From Monocercomonoides exilis PA203 (Eukaryota > Protista > Preaxostyla), in NCBI GenBank assembly GCA_001643675.2, contig LSRY02000021.1, positions 124,001 to 188,000 of the forward strand: DNA of 64,000 nucleotides. The letters are read 5' to 3'. Positions 12,701 through 22,400 of the stretch are shown here, one piece after another. The first letter of the stretch is position 1; the number at the start of each line of letters is the position of its first letter. Both the position numbers and the translations under genes were made by a program. Under the pieces are notes generated by a model. It was given only the letters and a program-made list of their open reading frames with translations, made no database searches and was not told the DNA's origin.

Positions 12701-15700
12701 TAAGCATGCTCCCTTCATTTCTCCACAATTCTTGCTATCGCTGCTATTCCCTGCAATCGTTGAAACAAATATGAATTCGCTCCTGAACACAAACACTCTC
12801 CCTAACAGATCCTCTTCATCCCCATAATTATCTGATGTGCATCCCCATATCGCCAGCTCCTTTACAAATGGTGCTCCAAAATTTAACAGGAATTGCCACT
12901 CAGTAATCTGAGAATCAAGATCAGTGCACTTCACAAACACGTCCCTCCCCTTCGATGCAACATTCCCCTTGAATGTGATATTCGACAGCACAAATGGCAA
13001 CATCTCCTGTGTGATGCTCTGTGATTTCAAAAACAATCCTCCGCCTCTCCCAATGTTCGAACAAAAACAATCTGTTACATTTGTGTGATTCATCTCCAAT
13101 CTTCCTCTTTCATTGAGAAGGAAAAAGATTCCACCTCCTTCGTTCGAGCTTCCAGATCCACAACCGTCTATTGTTGAATTCTGCATTTTCAATCTCATTT
13201 CATTCTGCACATCACAGCAAAGCAATGAAGGGTTGCTTGTCACGCTGTTCTTCACATTCACGAACGTGCATTTCCCAAATAGAAAATTCCACACTTCTGA
13301 ATTATCATTTTCGCTTCCAGAAACTACAGTTTCACTCATCGCAATTGCACTTTTCCCGCTCAATGAAATATTCTCTAATGTTACATCGTTCGTGGCTATC
13401 ACACATCCAACTGATATGCTCATTATCTCATGCATTGATGCCAACCCTGCCATCTTTGTCTTTTCAATCTCAACAATTCCTTTTACTGCACTGATCAATA
13501 CAAATGACAATTCACCTTCAGCATTGTCACTAATGTGAATTGAGCAATACACAATACTCGTTTTGATTGCATCTGAGCCCGCCTGGATGAGTGTTCTCGC
13601 CCCATTATCAAAGGCAGTTGGAATCACCATCCCCGCTTCTTTGAATTGAACTACTCCTTTGCATTCAGCCACGGAATTCGCATTTCCTTCAATTGCTTGA
13701 ACAAATATGATTTTGTCCGATTCTCTATTTGTTCCCTCTAGCATCATCCCGCTCATATTTATTTCGCTCCTCACGTCGCAAAGCCCCTGAACTGTGATCG
13801 ACCCAATTCCCAAGTTACTCCCCCGCTTCAGCCCATAATCAACGGAAGCGCATGGATACTCCAACGGACCACAAACAACCACATTGTTTCCCTCAAGTGC
13901 AACATACACACTCGACCCAACATTTTTCCAGAAATAGATCAGTGGGATTGCACATTCTCTGTTTCTTCCATCATACCCTCTCATTGAATCTTCAGTCAGC
14001 ATTTCCAATCTGTCTTTCACAAATGGCAATGTTTCGTTTTTGATGCTGTTGATAAGTGATGGAGATGAAACAAACAGGTCTTTTCCATATTTTGCATTGT
14101 TTGGCTTATCAGACGAAAAAGTTGGTGAGGATATGGCAAATAATGCTTCTTCTTCATTCAACAAGTTCAACATTATTCCTCCTCCAAACCCAACACTTTC
14201 ACCTTCAAATGGAGTTGTGCAACAATAAAACTTACACCTGCTTATTAGTAGGTTAGTGTTTGCAGATGCTTCGAAAAAGAATGTACCTCCTCCAGTTTCC
14301 TCTTCCTCCCCAACAACAGCACAGTCTTCAAATGTGCAGTTATTGATTTCCACTTTGTATTCTCTTCCAGCATCCTTGTTCGAAACACTTATGCATCCTC
14401 CACTTCCCTTCGAACGAGTAATCGATGAAAATGTGCATCCAGACATCTCTTCAATATTTCCGTTGTGGCACTCAACAACACATCCATCATCAAATGAGAT
14501 TTCTCCAAAATCGCAATTCATCATATTCATCGAAGGTCTAGAATTAATACTTCCCTCTACAATGAAAAATGATGAACTCCTTTTGGTAACTCCTTTTGTT
14601 GCAAACTCATTAATCTCCACAGCTCCTTCAACAGCCTTCACAAACACTGTCGAAATGCTTTCTGTACCTCCTTCCATCTCGCATTCATTCAGAATGAGCT
14701 TCCCTGAATGACACTCAAACACACTTTCATGAAAGGTCTGCGATTTCTTCAAAGAAAATACGATGCCAGTCACAGACGCACTGGCTGAGTTTTCAATCAA
14801 ACCACTTTGAGCTCCATCTTTCTGATCAGAAACCTCGCACTTCATTTCATTCTCTTTTCCTTTGATACTCCATTCATCTGTACTCAAGCTCAATTCCTCC
14901 TGAAAGGCAAATGCTTCAAGAATGGTTATGTCTTTTTTCTTTCCTTCAAAGTGGACTGATGCTGCCTTGGAGATTGTGGAACATGGAAATGACTCATATC
15001 CACACAACGAAAAATCATGACTTGATCTTCCTCCGACAAGTGCAGGCCCTGAAAAATTATTCCACAAATAAACAACCAGTGGAATGGCAAATATCTCATT
15101 CAATGTTGATCTCTCAAACCCATTCAGATTCGACACATCATCCAAATCAACAACAAATCCAATCGAGCTTCTGCTTATCACACTCGAAAAATCATTCGCA
15201 TTAATGAAGATTCCTTTCCCTTCTCTCGCATCGCACCCAGAAAATGAAACATCCTTCAAAGTGAATGAGCTCGCTCCATCATCCAAATGAAGATAAATCC
15301 CTCCTCCATATCCACATTCTCCATCTGTGTTGTGTGTTGCCTTGCAACTCACAAGTTGCAACAAGCCGCTTTCGTCATTTGAAGTTTTTGTTCTCAGCTG
15401 GTTAGCATCTGTCATATTTCCAACAGTGAATATCGATCCTTCATTCATCTCAACCCACAATCCTCCTCCATTTCCTCCTTTGCTCTCACACTCAGATATC
15501 AACCCTCCAATTATTTCCAGAGAGCAATCTTTCTCAAGCGTGCATTCCATTGCTCCTCCATCTCCTCCATCTCCTTTGAATCCACTCATCGTGTTGTTTG
15601 TGAGCTTCAGCATCTTGGCTGAATTTGAGGAAATTACTCGAATGGATCCTGATGGCAAATCTGCTTGTGAAGATGCTTTCACTGAAAGTGTTGAATCTTT

Positions 15701-18700
15701 AATCGAAAAAGAAGCTCCATTAGCCTCCCCAAACAAAACGCTATTTGTCTCAGAGAAAATATCTTCAACGATCATGGAAGTGAATGTGCCTGCAGCATTG
15801 CTTCCATCAAGACAAATCAATGGACAATTCTCAATTGTCAAGGACAATACATTAAACGATGAAACAGAAACCTCGCCTGCTGACACGTACAAAAAGATAT
15901 AAGATAACGCTGACTGGGGGTCTTGAAAAGTTAATGAGCAATCATCAAATGAAAATAATTGCGATGAGGAGCCGAAGAATGCTTCGTGATTTGGAAGAAC
16001 AGAAGGAACAGAGAAAACAAGGGAACTCATATTTGCATTTACACTGACTGTTATCATGCTTTCCCTCACTCCATTCGGATCATTGCTCACCTTCCATCCA
16101 CTGCTTCCATCTTTGCCTCTGATCGTGTGCTTGAAGGAGTCAAATGATAGCTCATATTGAATTTCAATCATCCCATCAACGACAATCTTCTTTTCCTTTT
16201 CTTGCCTAGTCAAAGAATGTCTTAGAGTTAAACATGGGACTTCAGAAAATCCACAATAAAAATAATCAAATGTATCAACATTACTCACAATAATCTCTTC
16301 TGGTAAAGGAATCAAATAAACACACATCGGTATTGGGAATGTATCATTCCCATTATCATATCCTTGTATCTTGCCCTTTGTATCAAATGAAGCTGTCAAT
16401 GAGGTAATCTTTCTGCTTTTTGCTGTTGAATTCAGATCGATCGAGTCAACAAAAATATCACTTCCCCATTTAGCTCTGTTTCCTTCAAATGCCGATGAAA
16501 TATGAAAGTCTGTACCTATGTCTTTCACTTTCAGTCCAGTCCCTCCTCCTCTCCCTTGGATGGTTGAGGCAAAACAGTTCTTCACAACACCTCCTTTCAC
16601 ATTCAATGAACTCCCACTTTCCACTTCAACCAACATACCCCCTCCAAACTCAGAGGCTTCACTCCCACAGCCATCAATCGTGCATCCCTCAAGAGTTATT
16701 GAATATGACCCTTCATCCACATTCATCAGCGATGATCCTCCTGTTGTTTTCACGATGTTGCTGAAAGTGCAGTTATCCAGAGACAATGTTACAAGCGATC
16801 CTTGAGATAGAGATATCAAACTTGCTGTACTGAATGTTTGTTCCCATCTCACATCTTTCATCTTCAAATTTCCCCCTTTCAGTTTCATAAGTGAGTTCTG
16901 AATGCTCCTCTCTTCTGAATGATCTGCATCCATCGAAATATTCAATCTCTCCAAATTGATCCCACCAGTCCCTTGAACCTCAAATAATCTGCTTCTACGG
17001 TTGTTTTCAATTGACGAATTGTGAATCACTGACAAATCGCTCACATTCAACTCTCCTGTTCCAACACAAAACAGACTCTGTCCATTTCCCTCAAATTGTG
17101 TTTCAATGGATGAGCCAGATGGCGAAACTCCATTCACAGAGATTGTTTTCTCCCCAATCTCAATCCCCTTTCCTTCCACAACAGTTCCAGAAAGCACCTT
17201 GATTTCTTCAACAAACCCAGAAATCATTTGGGAAAGACAATGGCTGATTGTGAGACATGTACAACTTTCATTCAATCCACAGCTGAATGTATTCTTTGCA
17301 TTTGTCTGATTTTGAGTTGAAGCAACAAACCTGTGTTTACTGAAGTTGTTTGGAAGCCATTCGCTTTTATCTCCATTTGCAAAATATCTCACCCCTTCTA
17401 TTCGAGTTGAATAACAGAAAACAAGTTGAGAATCGGTTGAGTTATCTGCAATATAAATATCATTTCCATTTGGTGATGTGTTGCTATGAAAAAAGCAAAA
17501 CCAAATTAATTCGCCACCAAATCCATTCATATTTATGCTTAATGCACCTCCTCTCCAATCAGAATGGCATCCATGGAAAAGACTATTTTTAAATACAATT
17601 TTGTCTTTCGCATGCCAGTGAAGAATACCTCCTCCATCTCCATTGATATTATTATGCCCACTGCAATTTTGAAACAAACAACTCAACACACTATCATTTG
17701 TTTTTGTTGACTTTGATTGCCAAATTCCAACACCACCTGCATCATTTCCAGACCATCCGTCTTTGAAAAGACAATTATCAACAAATACTTGAATGATCAC
17801 TAAATTCATTTGAATGCCTGCTCCACCTGCATCATCCGAGGCTACGCAATAGCATTCAACAAATGTGGATTGCTTCACTGTACATTCAGAAATGTTTAAT
17901 GCATATATACCTCCTCCTCTGGTGGATGTTGCATTGCATTTCACAAATGATGAATTCTCAACTGTTAATGTGGCATTTGGATTGTCATGCACATACAGTG
18001 CACCACCACATGGAGCTGAGCATTCATCCCATTTAGCATTAGAAAAATTCTGTGTTTGAGTTGTTGAATTTCTTTCTGTATTTCCTACTCTCCAATCCTC
18101 CCTTTTATTGTGAACGAATGTGCAATTGTAGCAAGAAAATGCAATAGATCCTTCTGTTCCACTCACAATCACTCCCTCCAGCACATTCATCGTTCTTTCA
18201 ACTTGACTATCCTCCATTATGCTCATTTTCATCAACATCACTTTCTCAAATGGAGCTTTATCTTCTTCCATGAATTTCATTGTGATGTTTGAAAAAGCGC
18301 TGTATTTGATTCCTTCAAAACTTCCTTCTCCATTGCTCAAAACACTTCCACTCCCGCAAAACACAATGTTATTCCACTCACTGTTTCTCACTAACAACGA
18401 CGAATCTTCTCCTTCCATCTTCACAAGACTCTTCATCATCATATCACAATTATAATTTCTTTTTTCTGTGTTCAAAGTTGCGTTTTTAAATTCACATGTT
18501 CCTTCATTGAAGATAAAATGTGCATTCAAACCTCTTTTTCTCATCAACAAACAATTATCAAGGTGCAGGATTGATTTTGCTCGAATACTAAATGTCATTC
18601 CATTATCCGCCTTTTCCAACGTTATTTCCTTCAACTTGACTGAGGAATTGCGTATTTCACAGAACATTTGAATAACACTTCCCTTTGACATATCTTTATT

Positions 18701-18811
18701 ATTTAATGAAACAGAAAAACGGAATGAAGTACGTCCAGAACTTGATTCTTCAATCGCATTTGTTCTTAACACTATTATTATCAAACATTCAACAAATAAA
18801 AAAAGATTCAT
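9788..18811 (-). CDS. Giant intronless type-I membrane receptor (3007 aa): signal peptide, Pmp/pectin-lyase-like beta-helix modules, single TM helix, TKL-like pseudokinase; N-terminal variant A
   Basis: Uninterrupted 9 kb ORF with a hydrophobic N-terminus. Repeated GGA/GGG-I/L and FxxN/FxxC motifs, and five CGxxxxPCx(T/S)-like motifs. TM segment WAVIIAVIFAVLFLIVLIIAVAFIV followed by RWKK. C-terminal kinase motifs LRWKAPE, VFSIGMMLWE..IPF and ERP/QRP. Confidence 0.9.
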   Translation of the reverse strand: MNLFLFVECLIIIVLRTNAIEESSSGRTSFRFSVSLNNKDMSKGSVIQMFCEIRNSSVKLKEITLEKADNGMTFSIRAKSILHLDNCLLMRKRGLNAHFIFNEGTCEFKNATLNTEKRNYNCDMMMKSLVKMEGEDSSLLVRNSEWNNIVFCGSGSVLSNGEGSFEGIKYSAFSNITMKFMEEDKAPFEKVMLMKMSIMEDSQVERTMNVLEGVIVSGTEGSIAFSCYNCTFVHNKREDWRVGNTERNSTTQTQNFSNAKWDECSAPCGGALYVHDNPNATLTVENSSFVKCNATSTRGGGIYALNISECTVKQSTFVECYCVASDDAGGAGIQMNLVIIQVFVDNCLFKDGWSGNDAGGVGIWQSKSTKTNDSVLSCLFQNCSGHNNINGDGGGILHWHAKDKIVFKNSLFHGCHSDWRGGALSINMNGFGGELIWFCFFHSNTSPNGNDIYIADNSTDSQLVFCYSTRIEGVRYFANGDKSEWLPNNFSKHRFVASTQNQTNAKNTFSCGLNESCTCLTISHCLSQMISGFVEEIKVLSGTVVEGKGIEIGEKTISVNGVSPSGSSIETQFEGNGQSLFCVGTGELNVSDLSVIHNSSIENNRRSRLFEVQGTGGINLERLNISMDADHSEERSIQNSLMKLKGGNLKMKDVRWEQTFSTASLISLSQGSLVTLSLDNCTFSNIVKTTGGSSLMNVDEGSYSITLEGCTIDGCGSEASEFGGGMLVEVESGSSLNVKGGVVKNCFASTIQGRGGGTGLKVKDIGTDFHISSAFEGNRAKWGSDIFVDSIDLNSTAKSRKITSLTASFDTKGKIQGYDNGNDTFPIPMCVYLIPLPEEIIVSNVDTFDYFYCGFSEVPCLTLRHSLTRQEKEKKIVVDGMIEIQYELSFDSFKHTIRGKDGSSGWKVSNDPNGVRESMITVSVNANMSSLVFSVPSVLPNHEAFFGSSSQLFSFDDCSLTFQDPQSALSYIFLYVSAGEVSVSSFNVLSLTIENCPLICLDGSNAAGTFTSMIVEDIFSETNSVLFGEANGASFSIKDSTLSVKASSQADLPSGSIRVISSNSAKMLKLTNNTMSGFKGDGGDGGAMECTLEKDCSLEIIGGLISECESKGGNGGGLWVEMNEGSIFTVGNMTDANQLRTKTSNDESGLLQLVSCKATHNTDGECGYGGGIYLHLDDGASSFTLKDVSFSGCDAREGKGIFINANDFSSVISRSSIGFVVDLDDVSNLNGFERSTLNEIFAIPLVVYLWNNFSGPALVGGRSSHDFSLCGYESFPCSTISKAASVHFEGKKKDITILEAFAFQEELSLSTDEWSIKGKENEMKCEVSDQKDGAQSGLIENSASASVTGIVFSLKKSQTFHESVFECHSGKLILNECEMEGGTESISTVFVKAVEGAVEINEFATKGVTKRSSSFFIVEGSINSRPSMNMMNCDFGEISFDDGCVVECHNGNIEEMSGCTFSSITRSKGSGGCISVSNKDAGREYKVEINNCTFEDCAVVGEEEETGGGTFFFEASANTNLLISRCKFYCCTTPFEGESVGFGGGIMLNLLNEEEALFAISSPTFSSDKPNNAKYGKDLFVSSPSLINSIKNETLPFVKDRLEMLTEDSMRGYDGRNRECAIPLIYFWKNVGSSVYVALEGNNVVVCGPLEYPCASVDYGLKRGSNLGIGSITVQGLCDVRSEINMSGMMLEGTNRESDKIIFVQAIEGNANSVAECKGVVQFKEAGMVIPTAFDNGARTLIQAGSDAIKTSIVYCSIHISDNAEGELSFVLISAVKGIVEIEKTKMAGLASMHEIMSISVGCVIATNDVTLENISLSGKSAIAMSETVVSGSENDNSEVWNFLFGKCTFVNVKNSVTSNPSLLCCDVQNEMRLKMQNSTIDGCGSGSSNEGGGIFFLLNERGRLEMNHTNVTDCFCSNIGRGGGLFLKSQSITQEMLPFVLSNITFKGNVASKGRDVFVKCTDLDSQITEWQFLLNFGAPFVKELAIWGCTSDNYGDEEDLLGRVFVFRSEFIFVSTIAGNSSDSKNCGEMKGACLSLNVGVSHIIPSDYSQLYIWNETALTGSCSAQKVTIKSMEANRNAEIKVREIELESEGVVNTSESVRFEKLSFVFSGMQNAVCSCFMHQLNGSLILESVTFLSESGSMENSRTLFDFSLLIVENGLFEADRCSVSHLGFSKPVFQMSNSESATFEDLTIRDVRSTSPVIECGTSRNLSILKLEAINITLQDGSLISFKGNLPTLFVLLSQSSFTNISQSQPSPCIICAAQSMTGFEMCNCSFRECISDCVKGSQVVMVSTENVLMDLCQFEGSLIDDAEEMNGIADAICKWNGSIIDLTKSSVLMKDTTICNFSKGGITVRGGYMTIEAGNFSSNNPSIDNYPSMRRNIVCSDSASLSISSMKGGDGVKDNSSLWILNEGCSFEGIAFERASSFFIPVLESIETKKKGTELEIVFKGKLLLPCNLSFMVVMQIGDEKQIEKYGFDESGYLRETEVEGRLKMESISEAEDEAEVKVCILFGDAKGPSSTDSFILKNQSEPKVNGDERIAEGGKEVKISWAVIIAVIFAVLFLIVLIIAVAFIVRWKKSKRRTEELQEIVNDNIRKDPKAFEMITMEMSPEEQWRRAEREAEKKNDERIKKRVYEKSLGHSESSEHLLSECGSTEYILGKDSDKIPDWALEKLEEDDDNEEAQKGSPSPSISSTSTTDTSDTESTFVRSESLFPTTSSMSNLVDAMACSSPHEKLIVDLRDSLFMLLHGRNKTKEMAIGSLKEREQTAAQILFWVANGALHSFDEMENPLQSLSNLSPHIVLFSEHMVICIAMHSDCSSDSDTSSISSASTIVTSSSDCSRANRNGRGSPPPSSAFEDEDDFKKECLRWKAPELLINKKLGATKESVVFSIGMMLWECLTLHIPFGEYEAVIAGDKITKGERPDMANVSGSTLSRLVSVCFFQQNEQRPKLADMKRELIQRFPPGSVILTASDAIDDGAESGYYASKDGGGDYSGSAAASNE

Positions 18812-19095
18812 TTTTCGAAAATTTGAAAGGGATCAGTCAAACCATATTTTGTTAAGAATTTTAAGATCAAGAAGTTTTTGTTAAGTTATTGTACAATTTT
18901 ATTCCGTTTGAAATTGTTTCTTATATTTTCTTTATTTGGTCATTTTGTTATTTCTTTATAATTTCTTGGAAAAAAAGTTTCTATTCATTTAGACACAATA
19001 TTTCCTATTCTTTGAGATGAAATGCTTTTTCAACAAAATCTATTTGCAATTTTTCAATCATCCAATTTTTTAATTATATTTACTGAAATTACGCA

Positions 19096-19146
<51 letters not shown>

Positions 19147-19405
19147 AAAATAACGTTGTTCTTTTTTACACTAAATTTTCTTCTAAATACATAAATTGTT
19201 CACAAGAATTGAGGAAACAAGAACATTTAACAATTCTCTCAAATTTATTGTTTTTGAATCCGTGAAAAGAAATGCGTTTTTAATGAGAAACAGGATTTCT
19301 AGTTGAATTATCAATTTGAGTCAAACAATTCCAGAGAAGATTGTTTATGAAACCTAAAAAAATAATGAAAATTTTATTATTTATGGGAAGAGAGATCAAA
19401 TACAA
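18812..19405. promoter_or_regulatory. Probable bidirectional promoter region between the two receptor genes
   Basis: 594 bp AT-rich gap between head-to-head ATGs. Function is inferred from position only. Confidence 0.5.
19098..19145 (+). repeat. Poly(T) tract (48 nt) in the divergent intergenic region
   Basis: Read directly. It lies ~40-90 bp from the palindrome symmetry axis (~19185). Confidence 0.95.
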
Positions 19406-22400
19406 ATGAATAGAAACCAGAAAAGCCGAATAAAAATGATGAATGTCACAAAAAATCCGATAATGATTGCATTCTTTTTAATGGTTCATTCTTTTCAATC
19501 CTTTGTCAAGTGTATTGAAATAAACAAAGCTCAAGAGAGATTTTCTTTGTTGAATGATGATATTCAAACAAGAATAAAAGATTCACAATTAATTGGAACA
19601 GAGGAATTTCTAAAAGAAAAAGAACAAGTAAATTTCGATTATTCAAGCAAGATTTCGAATCTTGACTTAATGTTGATCAATGACAGAAGAGATTTCGCTG
19701 AAATCCTATCGTCGATGATAGAAACAAATGCATCAATAATTGTGTCTTCGTTGAGATTCAATACATTTGGAGCAAAACGTTCCATATCAATTGACGCTTC
19801 TTCAAAGTGCGAATTCGAACATATCACTATTGTTGTATCTGAAAAGATGATTGTTTCCCCTGTTCATTGTCATGGTTTGTTAAATCTTTTCAATGTTTCG
19901 TATCTGTCTCCAAAATATCAACAAATAAACAGTTTAGTATCCACATCTCAAACAGCATCATTGAGATTATCTGAATCATCATTTTGTAATTTTGAGATTA
20001 TTGACTATGAAAACTTTCTTCATTGTGGGTTTTGTTCATTAGAAGAAATTTCTAAATGTTCATTTTTCAATATCACTCAATATCACATGACAATTAATGA
20101 AAAAATTAAACTCGGTGCCTTGAAAAGTGTTCTTGACAATTGTCAAATATGTGATACAACAAATGGACTTCAAGGAGGAGTCATTTGTGGAACTGTTCAT
20201 TCTTCTTCATTTTCATCAACAAATTCGTCATTCATAAATAATATGAGAATCGAAAACTCACTGAACAAGAAGAATGAACTGAATGCAACTGATACTCAAC
20301 TCTTTGAGCTGAATGAATGGGTAAACGAAATAGCTGAATGTGGAGGTGCACTTTATGTTCATGACAATCAAAATGCGAAACTCACTGTTCTCAATTCTTC
20401 GTTTTTGAACTGTAAAGCAACAAAAACATATGGAGGAGGGATATTTGGTTTCAACATTTCTGAATTAGTTGTTGAAAATTGCATTTTCAACAACTGCGTA
20501 TGTTCAATGCTAGAAAAAGATGGAGGTGGTGGAGGAGTTTGCTGCAACCAAATTCTTTCACAGGTTATCTTTTCGAATAGCCTGTTCAAGGATTGTTGGT
20601 CTGGAAATGATGGAGGTGGGTTAAGCGTTTGGTATTGCACATGTCAAATCCAAGATGCATGCATTACTGATTGTTTGTTTAACAATTGCAGTGGAAACAA
20701 AGAATCAAGTTCTGCTGGAGGGGCATGTGATTTCGTTTTATGTAATTCAAAAACAGAAAGCAAATCTTGTTGCTTTTTGAATTGTGTTTCTAAAGGAGTA
20801 GCAGGAGGAATTTATTTCAACAATAGTAATTCAAAAACCGAATTATTACTGTTTTTTTGCTTTTTTCATAATAACACTGCGAGAATCGGTGGATGTGACG
20901 TTGTCCTATTTGCTGCGAAAAATAACCAAATCGACTCAACATGTATCACAACAAGAACAACAGGAAATAGAGTGTCGATAAGTTGGGGTGCGACAAATAA
21001 CACAAATGAGTGGTTAATTAATGTGGGAGGGAGATTAAGATATGTGAGTCATTTCACAAATAAGAACGACTCAAGAGATAGATACTTTTGTGGTTTTGAT
21101 CAAGCGCATCCATGTGCTACTGTTTGTCATTGCCTTTCTCAAATGATTTCTGGGTTTGTTGAAGAAATCAAGGTGCTTTCTGGAACTGTTGTGGAAGGAA
21201 AGGGGATTGAGATTGGGGAGAAAACAATCTCTGTGAATGGAGTTTCGCCATCTGGCTCATCCATTGAAACACAATTTGAGGGAAATGGACAGAGTCTGTT
21301 TTGTGTTGGAACAGGAGAGTTGAATGTGAGCGATTTGTCAGTGATTCACAATTCGTCAATTGAAAACAACCGTAGAAGCAGATTATTTGAGGTTCAAGGG
21401 ACTGGTGGGATCAATTTGGAGAGATTGAATATTTCGATGGATGCAGATCATTCAGAAGAGAGGAGCATTCAGAACTCACTTATGAAACTGAAAGGGGGAA
21501 ATTTGAAGATGAAAGATGTGAGATGGGAACAAACATTCAGTACAGCAAGTTTGATATCTCTATCTCAAGGATCGCTTGTAACATTGTCTCTGGATAACTG
21601 CACTTTCAGCAACATCGTGAAAACAACAGGAGGATCATCGCTGATGAATGTGGATGAAGGGTCATATTCAATAACTCTTGAGGGATGCACGATTGATGGC
21701 TGTGGGAGTGAAGCCTCTGAGTTTGGAGGGGGTATGTTGGTTGAAGTGGAAAGTGGGAGTTCATTGAATGTGAAAGGAGGTGTTGTGAAGAACTGTTTTG
21801 CCTCAACCATCCAAGGGAGAGGAGGAGGGACTGGACTGAAAGTGAAAGACATAGGTACAGACTTTCATATTTCATCGGCATTTGAAGGAAACAGAGCTAA
21901 ATGGGGAAGTGATATTTTTGTTGACTCGATCGATCTGAATTCAACAGCAAAAAGCAGAAAGATTACCTCATTGACAGCTTCATTTGATACAAAGGGCAAG
22001 ATACAAGGATATGATAATGGGAATGATACATTCCCAATACCGATGTGTGTTTATTTGATTCCTTTACCAGAAGAGATTATTGTGAGTAATGTTGATACAT
22101 TTGATTATTTTTATTGTGGATTTTCTGAAGTCCCATGTTTAACTCTAAGACATTCTTTGACTAGGCAAGAAAAGGAAAAGAAGATTGTCGTTGATGGGAT
22201 GATTGAAATTCAATATGAGCTATCATTTGACTCCTTCAAGCACACGATCAGAGGCAAAGATGGAAGCAGTGGATGGAAGGTGAGCAATGATCCGAATGGA
22301 GTGAGGGAAAGCATGATAACAGTCAGTGTAAATGCAAATATGAGTTCCCTTGTTTTCTCTGTTCCTTCTGTTCTTCCAAATCACGAAGCATTCTTCGGCT

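Larger units (their letters stand above)
2219..17230. repeat. Left arm of ~15 kb inverted repeat (palindrome)
   Basis: Reverse complement of 21140-36080. Mirrored ORF coordinates sum to 38370 in the inner part (9788+28582, 6786+31584) and to 38299-38302 in the outer part. Ends were read directly: tggagaaagagcactgccca at 2219 and caaatgattt at 17230/21140. Confidence 0.97.

Noticed and set aside
17231-21139. Shufflon-type invertible switch that changes protein output
   Set aside because: The constant regions are identical, so inversion gives the same two proteins. No recombinase or short recombination sites were seen.
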